NCBI GenBank assembly: GCA_000002435.2
Contig: CM018793.1
From: Giardia intestinalis
Lineage: Eukaryota
DNA length: 64,000 bases
Direction: 5' to 3' (one strand)
The translations under genes were made by a program, and so were the position numbers. Within the stretch, counting starts at the first letter, position 1. Every line of letters starts with the position of its first letter. Shown here piece after piece: positions 1 through 10,844 of this stretch. Below the pieces are notes generated by a model. That model was not told where the DNA came from. It ran no database searches and saw only the letters and a list, made by a program, of their open reading frames with translations.

Positions 1-509
1 ACTCAGTCACTGGTCATGCAAGGGTTGCCATAGCCCCATCGAGGTCCAGTACCATCACAGCCTGTCACAGGGCGGGTAGAGCTGCACACGACAATGCAGG
101 GCTCGCTGTCGCTGTGATCATCGTCGGTATCCTCTGCTGGTAGCCATCTATCTACGAACTCTCCAGTGAGTGGCAGATCCCAAAAGGCTAGTAAGAAGCA
201 AGCATCTGTATACATGCTACTGCATCCCGCATGTTCTCAGTACTGCTGTACACTGGTAGTACGGGAAAGTTTGTAGTTGGGCTCAGATTGAAGAAACGCG
301 ATCTTCTTTTCCTCCGCCAAAGCTAGATTTATTCTGGCCATAGGATCAAGCTCCGGCAAGGAAGCTGTCCAGTGTGCCAGCTCACTCTGACTGATCCGCT
401 TGGACAACAACCCGCCGTAGTAAAGTAACGTAAATTGTGTGTCATACTTGGTAGTTCCAATAGAAGGAAAATTCTCTGTCCTAATAACCACAGGACTCCC
501 ATGAGACAT
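1..509 (-). CDS. Hypothetical protein, 5' part only; the gene starts at the ATG at 507-509 and runs off the window start. One reading frame is interrupted by a single in-frame TGA at 237-239.
   Basis: The track ORFs 237..509 and 3..215 are in the same frame, separated only by a TGA and 7 sense codons. The ATG at 509 follows an AT-rich initiator. There is no recognisable domain. Confidence 0.35.
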
Positions 510-606
510 GGAGACAGCTCTTCTTTAATTGAGTCTAGTACAGGCATGCAGTTGAAAAAAGAGGCACTGCTCTGGAGTGTTTGATCAAGTTCATCTAGAA
601 CACATT
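510..606. promoter_or_regulatory. Short divergent intergenic/promoter region between the minus-strand gene (ATG at 509) and the giant plus-strand gene (ATG at 607)
   Basis: About 97 bp between divergent start codons. AT-rich stretches (gttgaaaaaag, ctagaacacatt) lie directly upstream of each ATG, as in Giardia initiators. Confidence 0.4.
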
Positions 607-3600
607 ATGAATGCGCACAACATGGTGCTGTGCTCTAACATGGTCAAGGACGCACCATTAGACCGTTCTAACATACGTCAAGGGGAGTTCTCTCCTGCGT
701 TTTCCTCATTGCTTCCAGCTCCTATTCTCTTCCATAGAGTGCACAGTAACTGTCTTACTTGTTTTCTTTCAAATGGAGAGCTCTACAAGCTGTTTAGAGA
801 CGACTCTGGCCGCATTGAAGCAGAGCTTGTTTTCCGTCTCCCTCTCTCCAACGCCCTGCTAACTGCTGGTTGCTTTGCGCATGGAAGCAAGAACATTATT
901 ATTGTATGCTCAATCTTACAATCTTCATTAGATTCTACCCGATTTCCAGTCTCTTTCGACTCACAAATCAGTGTATATTATCATCAGAAAAAACAGTACT
1001 CCGTCCCTCTTCCTGGGTCTGTAATTAAAGAGTGCATTCCAGGGGATGGCTATATAATGCTTCTAGGCCACGAAGGTGAAGTTTTCTTCTACACCTGTAC
1101 AGGGGACTCTTTGACCCTTATTAGGAAGTTCTCTAGTTCACATGACTTAGCGGTAAAATTACTTATACACTGCGGAAAGCTCTTTGCGCAATCCTCTTTT
1201 AATGTAGTTTGCCGACTGCTGATGTTAAACGTGGCTATTACACCCTTAGCCTTCACCTCTTCCTCGCACCTATTCTTACTATATCAGAACGGTGCACTAT
1301 TGGCATTGCATGGCCTTTCTATTACTCTCTATGCACTTTTGCAGCCACATCAACTCGGGAAAGCGCTAACCTTTTCTGCGTTCTGTTCTGACAAGCAATC
1401 AACACCATCTAAGACATCATCTATAGTTCGGCCAACAACGATTTCATTAGCATCTGGCTATCTGTTCGTCGGCTTTGCCAACGGCTTTCTCAGCGTTTAT
1501 GCTCTGGAGAAAATCAAGGACGACATGTCCCAGGGAAAGTTAGCCACACAACCAATAGTATCATTCAATACTTTAGAGCTATATAAAAGTATCCACTCAA
1601 TAAGCACTACTGTGCACACAAGTGATGACCAGACCTTACACAAAGGAGTTTCAGCACTGCATCCCGTGTACCTGTGGGACACGACCACCTGTCAACCACG
1701 TCTTGAATCGCAACAAGATGACGACGATCACACAACTATCTATCTGACTGAGCTTTCTAATCAGGCAATGTCCTCGACCATGCAGGATGTCCCAAGCCCC
1801 TTCAGCCACCTTAATCTGTACCTTTTAGTAACGATTAGTAACTCAGCTGATGTATTCCTTTTGAGAGTTTTCCCACAGAATGAGCTAAAATTAGTCTTAA
1901 CATACGAGAGACCCGCCCAGCTGCAAATGCTTGCAGTCAGCATCACCCAGATCCTTTTTCTTACAAACAGTGGATTCACTCAAGCAATTTACGTACAGCT
2001 CTCTAATGGCTCCATCTTTCGGCTCCTGCTTCCTGCTCACGTATTCCTTTACTCTGCCCTCAGTCCACCTCCACCAAAAGCACCACATAGCCCTGACAAA
2101 TTAAAAGAGCATAACACTTCTTGCAACGATAACAGCGTTGCTGATATTGTGTCAGATTTACTTGATAAACCGCTGAGTACTGGCATGCAGCCGTCACGAC
2201 ATCCCCTTATCTCTTCCACCAAGAATCTAGAGAAAATGGTCGTCAACAGCTCTATAATTATCGCTAACCTCTTCCCCTATGGGCAATATTATTCTGATAA
2301 TAGCATGACTGCTGTATCAGCCGACAAACTCCATTCTGCAGATCCCTTCATTACCAAACAGCGAAATGCAACTCTACTAAATGCATTGCTAACAGATACC
2401 CAGCTAAGGCCACCTGCTACATCAGTATCTCGCTCAGGACAGGCTACACGTAGCCTCCCTCCTTCTCATACTGGGCCTTCTGGTCCGTGCTTCACCAACT
2501 TGTTTGCTCAGAATAGCCCCTTAGTAGCACAAGCGACGAAGAGTAACAATTCAGCACTGAAGTCTCTTGAGAGGCATGCAACTCTTAAAATCGCCAAAGC
2601 AATCCCTAACGAGAAAGTCTATCACCAAGTAATCCTAAATCCTATGACTCCTGTTCGGTCACGCTTCGTTCTTAATTTTTTACCAACTGGAAATCCTGTT
2701 TTGCGACTGTTAGATGGGACTATCAGCAAACCAAAGCCTATACTTGCCCAAGTTAACGCTTTATTTGGAGGCGCTGATGTTCAGTCACAGATACCTACTA
2801 AGCACTCAAACCATGCACAAGCAGAGCTCACTTCCATAGCTCCTCAGCTCTCAACGAGCAAACCGACTCGGCCACGACCACCCTCTCCTCCTCAGCTGCA
2901 TAGAAGTCATCTTCTAAATATTGAGCTACCAATGCCCTCATTTTCTGCAGAAGGAATTAAATCCAAACAGCATCATTTATCTGCATCTCCATTCACTAGC
3001 ACGCGAAAAGCGACTAACAATTCCATCGCTGAACATGTGCTTCCACTGCGTGATAATATTGCTCTGGGGGCTAGAATATTGCCAATAAGGGGTAAGAGCG
3101 AAAGCTCTTTAGACGAGCTGTTTCTTTCTCACTTAGAGTCACGTGACTTAAGCACAGAGTGCACGGCTGTAGACAGATGCTATACACCTTTTGGTCCGGT
3201 AGAATCTCTATCAGTTTACCGGCACTCGGACTTCTGCAAGAAGAATGGTGACTTGAGGCTGATATATCCCCACAAGCGGCTTACACACGGGTCTGAAGAC
3301 TCGTTTAGCTGCACTCTAAACTTTAGTATCCAATCAGAAGACGCACTACAAGAACGCTCCAGAACGTCTCAATCCAAGAGTATCTGGACAGGCTCAGTGC
3401 GTTCTAAATACAAGTATAAAGCCGCTTCAGGACAATTTTTGGCCAATTCACATCTCCATGCAAGTGCCCTTAATGTAGCTCCGGCTAAGATATATTCTCA
3501 CTCAGATAACCTCAGAAAGAGATGGCACTCCAAGCATTTTACCACAAAAAGACATTATAGTCACGGATTTTCCACTTCAAAAGCCAGCCATCATGGAAGA

Positions 3601-6600
3601 AATCGTCCTGCAAATGCTGTAAGCTTTTTCGTAGTCAATCTGAACGACCTCTTTGCAAATTCAATAGCTAAGCAGATTCTGAAAATTAATGTGACCTCAA
3701 CTAGCACAATAATACCACAGCCATCAGCTCAAACCTTGGCAGCTAAACTTCCTAAGAAAATAGGTATTGAAGATACTAGCAGAATCTTGGATGAGCATAT
3801 GGGCTATGAAGTGCTAAGTCACGATGAGGAAAAGCAGCCCAATCTCGGAGGAGACCGGCGGCTTCTCACCTCGAAGTCAGGACTCTGGGATTCCTCCACT
3901 ATTGTAAGGAATCCCGATAATGGCGTAGATAGTAGTAAGCTATGTGATTCAAGATATTTACCACCCGATCCAATTATTCCCTCCGCTTTAGTAACTGATC
4001 AGGTGGAGGTTTTAAACAACCAGATTATCACTGATCCACGAGAGTTGTGCACTGACAGCTCTCTTTCTGAAATTCCTCCTAAAATAGGGTTGCCTATGCA
4101 AAGTGTGCAGGACCACACTTTACCACGAGAACAGCACAATCAGGCTGATATGGTTCCCGCATCTTCTCAGCTGCATGATCCATGTGTCCTAGTTGACGAA
4201 GGAGGGCAGTTAGTCATATTTTCGACACCCATAAGTCCAATTCTTAGTGATATTATTAAGGATTGCACCCTCAGACCTGTATTAGATGGTCTAGAAGATC
4301 TATCTCAGGACTCTGTTGAAGAGCCCCTGGCTTTGAAGTTGCCAGGGGTATTTCGGCACAACTTTTTCGGGTCGCAGGAGGATGCAGAGCTAGGGATAAG
4401 CCTGGATCTTTTCCCACACAATAAGATGCGCATTTCACACAACAAATATGATCTCTTGAGCATTTGCACCTATCGTGGTCCCCTGCCCCAGATAGACGAT
4501 GACACAAAACGATTTCTAGAGGTCATGGAGCAGCGGAGCAGGTTTCATCTTGATACCAGTGATCCTGGCAATAGCCTTACACTTACAGGGTCCTACATCT
4601 CCGCACAGCAAAGTGTACTCAAAAACTTGGGGCTGTACCGTCAAACTATATCCACTATGAGCGCGCAACTGCAGCGAGCTAATCTGAAGAAGGATAGAAT
4701 GCAACAGCTATACAGAGAGATAATTAGACGCATATTAAACAATATCGATCGCCTTTGCGAGCAAGATTGCATTAAAAAGGTTACGCTAGGAAAGGACAAA
4801 TACTATTCCTTAAGGAAACAATGTGTAATAGAATACTCTGGTTCAGACGCCGAGTCGTTCTCACAAGATAGTGACTCTGAGACAGATGGTTTACGCAAAT
4901 GTCATGATAATTCTAAAAATCCCTTCGCTGAAGAGTCCATACTTCGACTACAAGATGACTCATCCGTTAATCTAGAAGAGCGTCAAGTATATCAAGAAAT
5001 ACCAGAGGAAGCACTCACTGGTGACCCATCTATTCTGACTTTGGATCAACTTAACACTAGTCTCTCAAAGGAGGATTCGTCCAGTCAAAACTGCCAGGCC
5101 AATAATTCATTCCTAATGAATGCAACGCCAATTAATGAGCCGAGTATCAGTAACATCGATGCAAAAAGTTCCCAATCTCCAAAACATTATGATATAATAG
5201 CGGACCATTCTAGTGATCCCTTCAAGGACTCTTCAAATCAAAACCCTATTCTACCTGCGGAGGATTCAAGACCTTCTTCTCCTGAGGTGCATGTCTTTGA
5301 ACGATATGAACATGCAGGAGAGCCATCGCAGAGATATGTCATTCATAGAGACCGAACAAAGGTTCTCTTCGATATTTACGCAGAAGATCAGGAGTACTCT
5401 GACACAGACCCTATATACACAGAGGATAACCCGAAGTATGTACCACTAATGTTGACCACTGAGCAATATAGGACCTTGTTTCACCTTGATGCAGACCTGA
5501 GCAGGCGGCTGCGACGGCTAGATGTGTCTGATGCACCATCTCTATACGCTAACACCATAGATCACCGAGTAGACCCACAATTATGGTTCATGAAAACAGG
5601 ATATATTTTTTCTCCACTGGAGGACAGCGACCCACCAGCCAAGGAGCAATCCGTTGCTCAGCGAAATGCTCTTTCGTTTCAACGAGTTAGGACGCATCTT
5701 ACCCTAGGAGACATAGCGGAGCATCATACTTATGAGGACATGGTCTCCTTGTTGACAACTGCATTACCCGATGGTGAGAACAGCGAAGAAGCACGCATAC
5801 CAGAGGAAACGCCGGAAGACTTAGACCTAGATATTTTCGAAGAAAGCGTCAGCGCCCTTGCCTACGAGGATTTGACTCCTGACCAGAAGCTAAGATACTT
5901 GCTGAACGAGCCGTATGTTGATGCAACACATTTGTATCTAAGCAAGACTCTTGATGAGTTAGGGTACTTTATGCAGAAGAGGAACAGAGACCGTCAAAGG
6001 AGAACCATTTACGCCGAGGAGAGTATTTTCGATCTGATGGCCAACGGGTTGGGGTTCACAAAACCTCGCATGCCAGATAACTACATGCTGGACGACCATA
6101 CACGGAAGCACAGGGTTGATCAAGCATATGGAAAGCTTCTTTCATTTGCAAGTACCCCTCATTCGGGTTGCTTGTCTGGTTTTGGGAGAGCTGAACGCGC
6201 TGACCTCACAGCTGCAAACCAGTTTTACTGTAGTGCGTCTATTAAGCAAGCGTCTAAAGCTCCATCTGATGTAGAACCTGACATCTTAGTGCGAGATTAT
6301 AAGCGGTCGCACTACTATCATAATCCCCTTATCAATTTGCTTCAGTGCTATTACCTAGTGCGGAATTACGCTGCATTAAACGTTTATTTTTCTCGACACT
6401 TAGTGCTAACTGATAAGATATATACACGACCCAAATCTGCTCCATTGTGGCTTGGAAAGAAGCGAAAAGAGCAATCCATTCTTGATCTTTGGGAAGAGAC
6501 ATACGGTGTTGCTCAAAACAGAGTGCTTTGGGACTCTACGCTTGCTTTTAAGAGAGCGTCACCAACCAGGCAGCTCAGTGTTGATCATGCTGTTTCCGGG

Positions 6601-9600
6601 CCACAACTGGATAGCAGCGCTCTCAGCTTTCTTAGAACTGAGGTGCTTACTAGCAGCATAGGGAACGGACATCCCCTAAAGCATGGGAAGACCCTGGCAA
6701 CCCCTTACATACATACGTTCTTCAACAGTATGCGCTGGAAAGGTATCGACTACAGGCAAGCGATCGCAGAGATGTCTAAGGCAGACCTATATTCCGCAGA
6801 AGTTGCAGGTATGTTCGCAAAGTTATACAAGATCGAGCGTTTGGAGACTGAAAAGCACCTTAAGGACCTGTACGATGTGGCAAATCGCACAGGAAATGCC
6901 AAGCTTTACGGTCTCTGCATAAACGTCATGCTCTTTAGGCCATACCTGAAGAAGAATCCTTTTAAAAGCGTACTAGCTGGTGTCAATAGTCTTGTAGATG
7001 ATGACACCTCGACAGGGTCTAATAGCGTTACTAGTGCCCTGTCTCCCCGACAGCCAGTTGATGATACCACTGCCAAAGACTTGTCTGATATTTTCACCTG
7101 TTCGTCTGCGGCATCGCTTCTACTGAAGCTACAGGAAAAGCGCAAAAGAGAGCAACAGGAGAGAAAGCGCAAGCGTGCTTTAGAAACTAATACGAAGGCT
7201 CTGATGTTTGAGTTAAAAGCCGGAACTGCAGTTGACATATCGAATATATCTATCCCATTTGATATGCGCTTCGATTACAAGGACTTACGTCCAGGAAGAT
7301 GCTACTTTTGCGCCGGGGTTTTCATTGAAATCCCGTTCTTACCTCCTTATAAGTTCGAAAAAGATAACGATTTGGAGGAAGAGCTCAAAGGGCTTGTTGA
7401 TAAACAACTGGGTGTCTGCAAGGAATCAGCAAACGCCTATGCACGCGGGCCCGATGGCGAGCTTACTGACCTTGAAGAGTTGATCAAGCGGGCAAGTAAG
7501 ATCAGTAATGAAGATGTCACTCTTTTTGACATGAAATTTCTCTACACAATGTACCCTGTTTTATATACAAATCTTACAGAGCTTCTATTAAGCAAACGAA
7601 TCAAAAGAATGGACGTTAATTCAGATATCTCTGACATTTCCAAGCTTATCACCAACTTCACCGTCGAAGAGCACTCTCTAAAATTGGATCCTCACGCTCA
7701 GGAGCAGGAGTGGAAGTCCGCTATGTCAGACTCGTTTTGCTCACTATCTGCATCAGAACTCGAAGGCTATGCAAGCAGTATAGATCACGTCGCAACCGAA
7801 GTTATCGCTAAGGTCACTGATTTGGATATATACTTAAACACATCGGTAGTCAGAGGATTAGACCAACCGGAGAGCCCTCTAAGATCAGCGCCCTTTTTAC
7901 AGCAAACAGGCCAGCCAGACTCGTTCGGTAATAGCCCTGTACCAATAGACAAGAGCAACGCCCAGCCAACGCCACCACTTACCCCATTAGCAGATTCGGG
8001 GATAAACATTGCTGAGCTCAGTCCGGACAATCGAGTGCTACCTACTAGCTACAAGACTATCATGAATCTTCAAACGGACTACGTATTTGAAACAAACTAT
8101 AAGTACTATGAGCACATAGTCATGCAATCCACACTCAATGATAGGGTTTATAGGTTCGGATTGATGCCAATAAAGGCGGTCATGCGGGACATTTTGTTTG
8201 AGTGTCTGGCCTCCTTGCCACCATTTGCGCGATTTATTGCAAAGAAGCTAGTTGAAAACGGAAATATCTTTCGTCCAGAGGAGCTCCAGATGTTGCCATT
8301 TGTCTTGTTGCAGGCTCAGTTGCTTTACAGGCCAGCCAGAGATTTACTTATATACTTGCGTCATGCCATGAAGAAGATACATTTACTAGAAGTGCAGAAG
8401 ACTCAGAGGAAAGCAGTGGAAGAAGAAAATTTTATCCGTGCTTCCTTCAAGGATGATGCGCTGCAGAGTGATCAAGAATCTGTCACAGGCGATCGTCCGT
8501 CAGGGTCCAATGCTTCGTGGAGAGAACTAATGTATAGACCATGTTCTCAGCTTCTGGACTTCGATGGATCTTGGGGGGACAAGGAGTCAGATGTTAATAG
8601 CAACAAGCGTCTTTTTAACTACTGTGTCCTTCTCCTTTATCATACTCGTTTGGCTGCAGGAAGAACTCGTCAACTGATGATATGGAAGCTTCGGCAGATC
8701 GCAAAGCGTGACAAGGGCGGTTTTCAAAAAGGGGACGCTTTTGCTGAGGTGGCATCTAAATATAATAACATTGCAACGAGCACAGCTGCACACAACAACC
8801 TTATAGAGGCTGCACGTTTTTCAACGTTCTACGAGAACACACTGAGCGACTTCAGCGGCATTGTTGCCATGGGCCGACGAGCATCTCCAGTGGTCATTTA
8901 CTTGCGTAGGCTAAACGACCAGTTCGTTTGTCTGTACGAAGATTTCTGTCTGAAAAGTAGCACAGCAGATGACTATGTAGCTAATATGAGATTTCTTGTT
9001 TTAGAAGACATGAGGCGTGAAGCACAAATACATGCCTACGCAGTTCTACGTATTTATGGCTACAAATATATAGACGATGCTCTGCTAGGAATTAAGTCCA
9101 GCAGCCTTCTGCTTGTCTATCCGCTCTCGCTAATTATCAACATACACACGTTATATACACTGAGTTCTAACTTGATTGCACATGTAATGCATAGCAAAGC
9201 CCAAGCCTTCGGTGATTCTCCCACTCAAATAGATTGCAACACGGACACGGAAAGTTTAAGTACAAGGGATCTTTCATCGCATAGTAGCGTTAAAAGTGTT
9301 TACAATTTCACTGCTCTTCTATTTATGATGTTTATAAAGCACCACGTCAATAGGATACGCTCGGGATACAGCTTTCTTATCCATGTAGCTGCTATGCTTT
9401 ATCAGAACGTCACAGAGACGCATCTAGCACATTGCTTCTACAACTTGGTGCTCTTTGAGCTGAAGTTGCGCATGGACAATTCCTATGTCGTGGACTGGCC
9501 CCGCTTGACAGTGCTGTTGGGTTCGTTTAACACTGAGATGCTTGCAGAATGGCTAGAAATTACATTCAAGAACGTTTACATGACGACCAGAAACGCAGCA

Positions 9601-10830
9601 AAGAAGGATGTCATTAGTTATCTGCAGAAGCAGCAAACAATGATTTCAGCATTGGTTTCTTTCGTTGCACATGACGAGCATACAATCTGTTTTAGCAATG
9701 CCTCTATATCCGCAAAAGGAGAGCTCAGCACACAAGCAGACCCAGAGGAAGATCACCCGGCACCACCCAACGCAGCAAACACTGAAGCCCACACAGAGGC
9801 AGGAATAGACGTGCCACTCGGGCTTATAGAAGGTATGCGTCAAATATCATCTCCAGCACGCCATGAAAGGCTTACGAAGGCCACCGATGAGCTCCTGAAA
9901 ATAGATAGGGACCAGTTTGTCACCGATGATATGATAGAAAGGGTACAGCAGCGAGGAAGCTTTGCCACAAACATGCAGAGGGATAACGTAGACGCAATGC
10001 GAGCAGAATTAGACTTTCGAATGAATGAGCTCAAGGTCATCCTGGACAATCAAGAGCCGAGTTCCAATGCTGCCGACTACGAGATTACAGAGGTGCGTGA
10101 CGAAAGGCAGGCAGACGAAATGGGCGAGCAGTTCATTGAGTATGCTGTATCTAAACAGCTCACTGAGAAGCTTCGCGTTATAAGGAGAAATCTATCTCCA
10201 ACTAGTTTCCGGACAGATGAAAGCATGGATCTCGTCACTCCAATGCGTGAGCTTAGAGAACAATGCATAAAGATAGAGTCTATAAAAAGACAGCATGAAC
10301 TGAATGAGATGTTGCGACTTTCGTCCACTGAGTCGCCAGAGGTCAAGAGTACTTTGTCATCAATTATCAAGAACGCAGAAGAGACAACACACAAATTAGC
10401 ACAGAATGTCAACGACATTAGAATACGTGGATCATCGATGTCCGCATGGCGAAATCAAATCAGGCACATGATACAGGAGGGTTCAAAGCACTTGGGCACA
10501 AGGCATTCTCCAGACAACAAGATAACAGGAGCTGACTCCGGCCCCTATCTCAAGGGGGACACCTGTATACGAAGTGCCGATTACGTACTGACTTCTGATA
10601 TACAACTACCCTCTAGGATACAAGGAACTGTGAGAAGAATTTTGACCCCTCAACCAGGAAAGATTGGAGGCTCTGCACTTGTAAAACAGCCCCCAGCCAG
10701 TACAGTTCCACGGCGCCCGTACTCCATCCTAGGCCACATACAAGGCAGTCCTGAGATGAATACAGAGGTGAGAACATGCTCTCCTCCTCCGCCGGGATCA
10801 ACAATATTCAGTAGTGATCTGTATGAGTAG
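607..10830 (+). CDS. Giant hypothetical protein, about 3408 aa from the first ATG; the track ORF begins at a GTG at 577
   Basis: Uninterrupted 10.2-kb ORF. The first in-frame ATG is at 607. The protein has S/T/P-rich low-complexity segments and a charged, coiled-coil-like C-terminus. No catalytic motif recognised. Confidence 0.7.
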   Translation: MNAHNMVLCSNMVKDAPLDRSNIRQGEFSPAFSSLLPAPILFHRVHSNCLTCFLSNGELYKLFRDDSGRIEAELVFRLPLSNALLTAGCFAHGSKNIIIVCSILQSSLDSTRFPVSFDSQISVYYHQKKQYSVPLPGSVIKECIPGDGYIMLLGHEGEVFFYTCTGDSLTLIRKFSSSHDLAVKLLIHCGKLFAQSSFNVVCRLLMLNVAITPLAFTSSSHLFLLYQNGALLALHGLSITLYALLQPHQLGKALTFSAFCSDKQSTPSKTSSIVRPTTISLASGYLFVGFANGFLSVYALEKIKDDMSQGKLATQPIVSFNTLELYKSIHSISTTVHTSDDQTLHKGVSALHPVYLWDTTTCQPRLESQQDDDDHTTIYLTELSNQAMSSTMQDVPSPFSHLNLYLLVTISNSADVFLLRVFPQNELKLVLTYERPAQLQMLAVSITQILFLTNSGFTQAIYVQLSNGSIFRLLLPAHVFLYSALSPPPPKAPHSPDKLKEHNTSCNDNSVADIVSDLLDKPLSTGMQPSRHPLISSTKNLEKMVVNSSIIIANLFPYGQYYSDNSMTAVSADKLHSADPFITKQRNATLLNALLTDTQLRPPATSVSRSGQATRSLPPSHTGPSGPCFTNLFAQNSPLVAQATKSNNSALKSLERHATLKIAKAIPNEKVYHQVILNPMTPVRSRFVLNFLPTGNPVLRLLDGTISKPKPILAQVNALFGGADVQSQIPTKHSNHAQAELTSIAPQLSTSKPTRPRPPSPPQLHRSHLLNIELPMPSFSAEGIKSKQHHLSASPFTSTRKATNNSIAEHVLPLRDNIALGARILPIRGKSESSLDELFLSHLESRDLSTECTAVDRCYTPFGPVESLSVYRHSDFCKKNGDLRLIYPHKRLTHGSEDSFSCTLNFSIQSEDALQERSRTSQSKSIWTGSVRSKYKYKAASGQFLANSHLHASALNVAPAKIYSHSDNLRKRWHSKHFTTKRHYSHGFSTSKASHHGRNRPANAVSFFVVNLNDLFANSIAKQILKINVTSTSTIIPQPSAQTLAAKLPKKIGIEDTSRILDEHMGYEVLSHDEEKQPNLGGDRRLLTSKSGLWDSSTIVRNPDNGVDSSKLCDSRYLPPDPIIPSALVTDQVEVLNNQIITDPRELCTDSSLSEIPPKIGLPMQSVQDHTLPREQHNQADMVPASSQLHDPCVLVDEGGQLVIFSTPISPILSDIIKDCTLRPVLDGLEDLSQDSVEEPLALKLPGVFRHNFFGSQEDAELGISLDLFPHNKMRISHNKYDLLSICTYRGPLPQIDDDTKRFLEVMEQRSRFHLDTSDPGNSLTLTGSYISAQQSVLKNLGLYRQTISTMSAQLQRANLKKDRMQQLYREIIRRILNNIDRLCEQDCIKKVTLGKDKYYSLRKQCVIEYSGSDAESFSQDSDSETDGLRKCHDNSKNPFAEESILRLQDDSSVNLEERQVYQEIPEEALTGDPSILTLDQLNTSLSKEDSSSQNCQANNSFLMNATPINEPSISNIDAKSSQSPKHYDIIADHSSDPFKDSSNQNPILPAEDSRPSSPEVHVFERYEHAGEPSQRYVIHRDRTKVLFDIYAEDQEYSDTDPIYTEDNPKYVPLMLTTEQYRTLFHLDADLSRRLRRLDVSDAPSLYANTIDHRVDPQLWFMKTGYIFSPLEDSDPPAKEQSVAQRNALSFQRVRTHLTLGDIAEHHTYEDMVSLLTTALPDGENSEEARIPEETPEDLDLDIFEESVSALAYEDLTPDQKLRYLLNEPYVDATHLYLSKTLDELGYFMQKRNRDRQRRTIYAEESIFDLMANGLGFTKPRMPDNYMLDDHTRKHRVDQAYGKLLSFASTPHSGCLSGFGRAERADLTAANQFYCSASIKQASKAPSDVEPDILVRDYKRSHYYHNPLINLLQCYYLVRNYAALNVYFSRHLVLTDKIYTRPKSAPLWLGKKRKEQSILDLWEETYGVAQNRVLWDSTLAFKRASPTRQLSVDHAVSGPQLDSSALSFLRTEVLTSSIGNGHPLKHGKTLATPYIHTFFNSMRWKGIDYRQAIAEMSKADLYSAEVAGMFAKLYKIERLETEKHLKDLYDVANRTGNAKLYGLCINVMLFRPYLKKNPFKSVLAGVNSLVDDDTSTGSNSVTSALSPRQPVDDTTAKDLSDIFTCSSAASLLLKLQEKRKREQQERKRKRALETNTKALMFELKAGTAVDISNISIPFDMRFDYKDLRPGRCYFCAGVFIEIPFLPPYKFEKDNDLEEELKGLVDKQLGVCKESANAYARGPDGELTDLEELIKRASKISNEDVTLFDMKFLYTMYPVLYTNLTELLLSKRIKRMDVNSDISDISKLITNFTVEEHSLKLDPHAQEQEWKSAMSDSFCSLSASELEGYASSIDHVATEVIAKVTDLDIYLNTSVVRGLDQPESPLRSAPFLQQTGQPDSFGNSPVPIDKSNAQPTPPLTPLADSGINIAELSPDNRVLPTSYKTIMNLQTDYVFETNYKYYEHIVMQSTLNDRVYRFGLMPIKAVMRDILFECLASLPPFARFIAKKLVENGNIFRPEELQMLPFVLLQAQLLYRPARDLLIYLRHAMKKIHLLEVQKTQRKAVEEENFIRASFKDDALQSDQESVTGDRPSGSNASWRELMYRPCSQLLDFDGSWGDKESDVNSNKRLFNYCVLLLYHTRLAAGRTRQLMIWKLRQIAKRDKGGFQKGDAFAEVASKYNNIATSTAAHNNLIEAARFSTFYENTLSDFSGIVAMGRRASPVVIYLRRLNDQFVCLYEDFCLKSSTADDYVANMRFLVLEDMRREAQIHAYAVLRIYGYKYIDDALLGIKSSSLLLVYPLSLIINIHTLYTLSSNLIAHVMHSKAQAFGDSPTQIDCNTDTESLSTRDLSSHSSVKSVYNFTALLFMMFIKHHVNRIRSGYSFLIHVAAMLYQNVTETHLAHCFYNLVLFELKLRMDNSYVVDWPRLTVLLGSFNTEMLAEWLEITFKNVYMTTRNAAKKDVISYLQKQQTMISALVSFVAHDEHTICFSNASISAKGELSTQADPEEDHPAPPNAANTEAHTEAGIDVPLGLIEGMRQISSPARHERLTKATDELLKIDRDQFVTDDMIERVQQRGSFATNMQRDNVDAMRAELDFRMNELKVILDNQEPSSNAADYEITEVRDERQADEMGEQFIEYAVSKQLTEKLRVIRRNLSPTSFRTDESMDLVTPMRELREQCIKIESIKRQHELNEMLRLSSTESPEVKSTLSSIIKNAEETTHKLAQNVNDIRIRGSSMSAWRNQIRHMIQEGSKHLGTRHSPDNKITGADSGPYLKGDTCIRSADYVLTSDIQLPSRIQGTVRRILTPQPGKIGGSALVKQPPASTVPRRPYSILGHIQGSPEMNTEVRTCSPPPPGSTIFSSDLYE

Positions 10831-10844
10831 TACTTATAGGCCTC

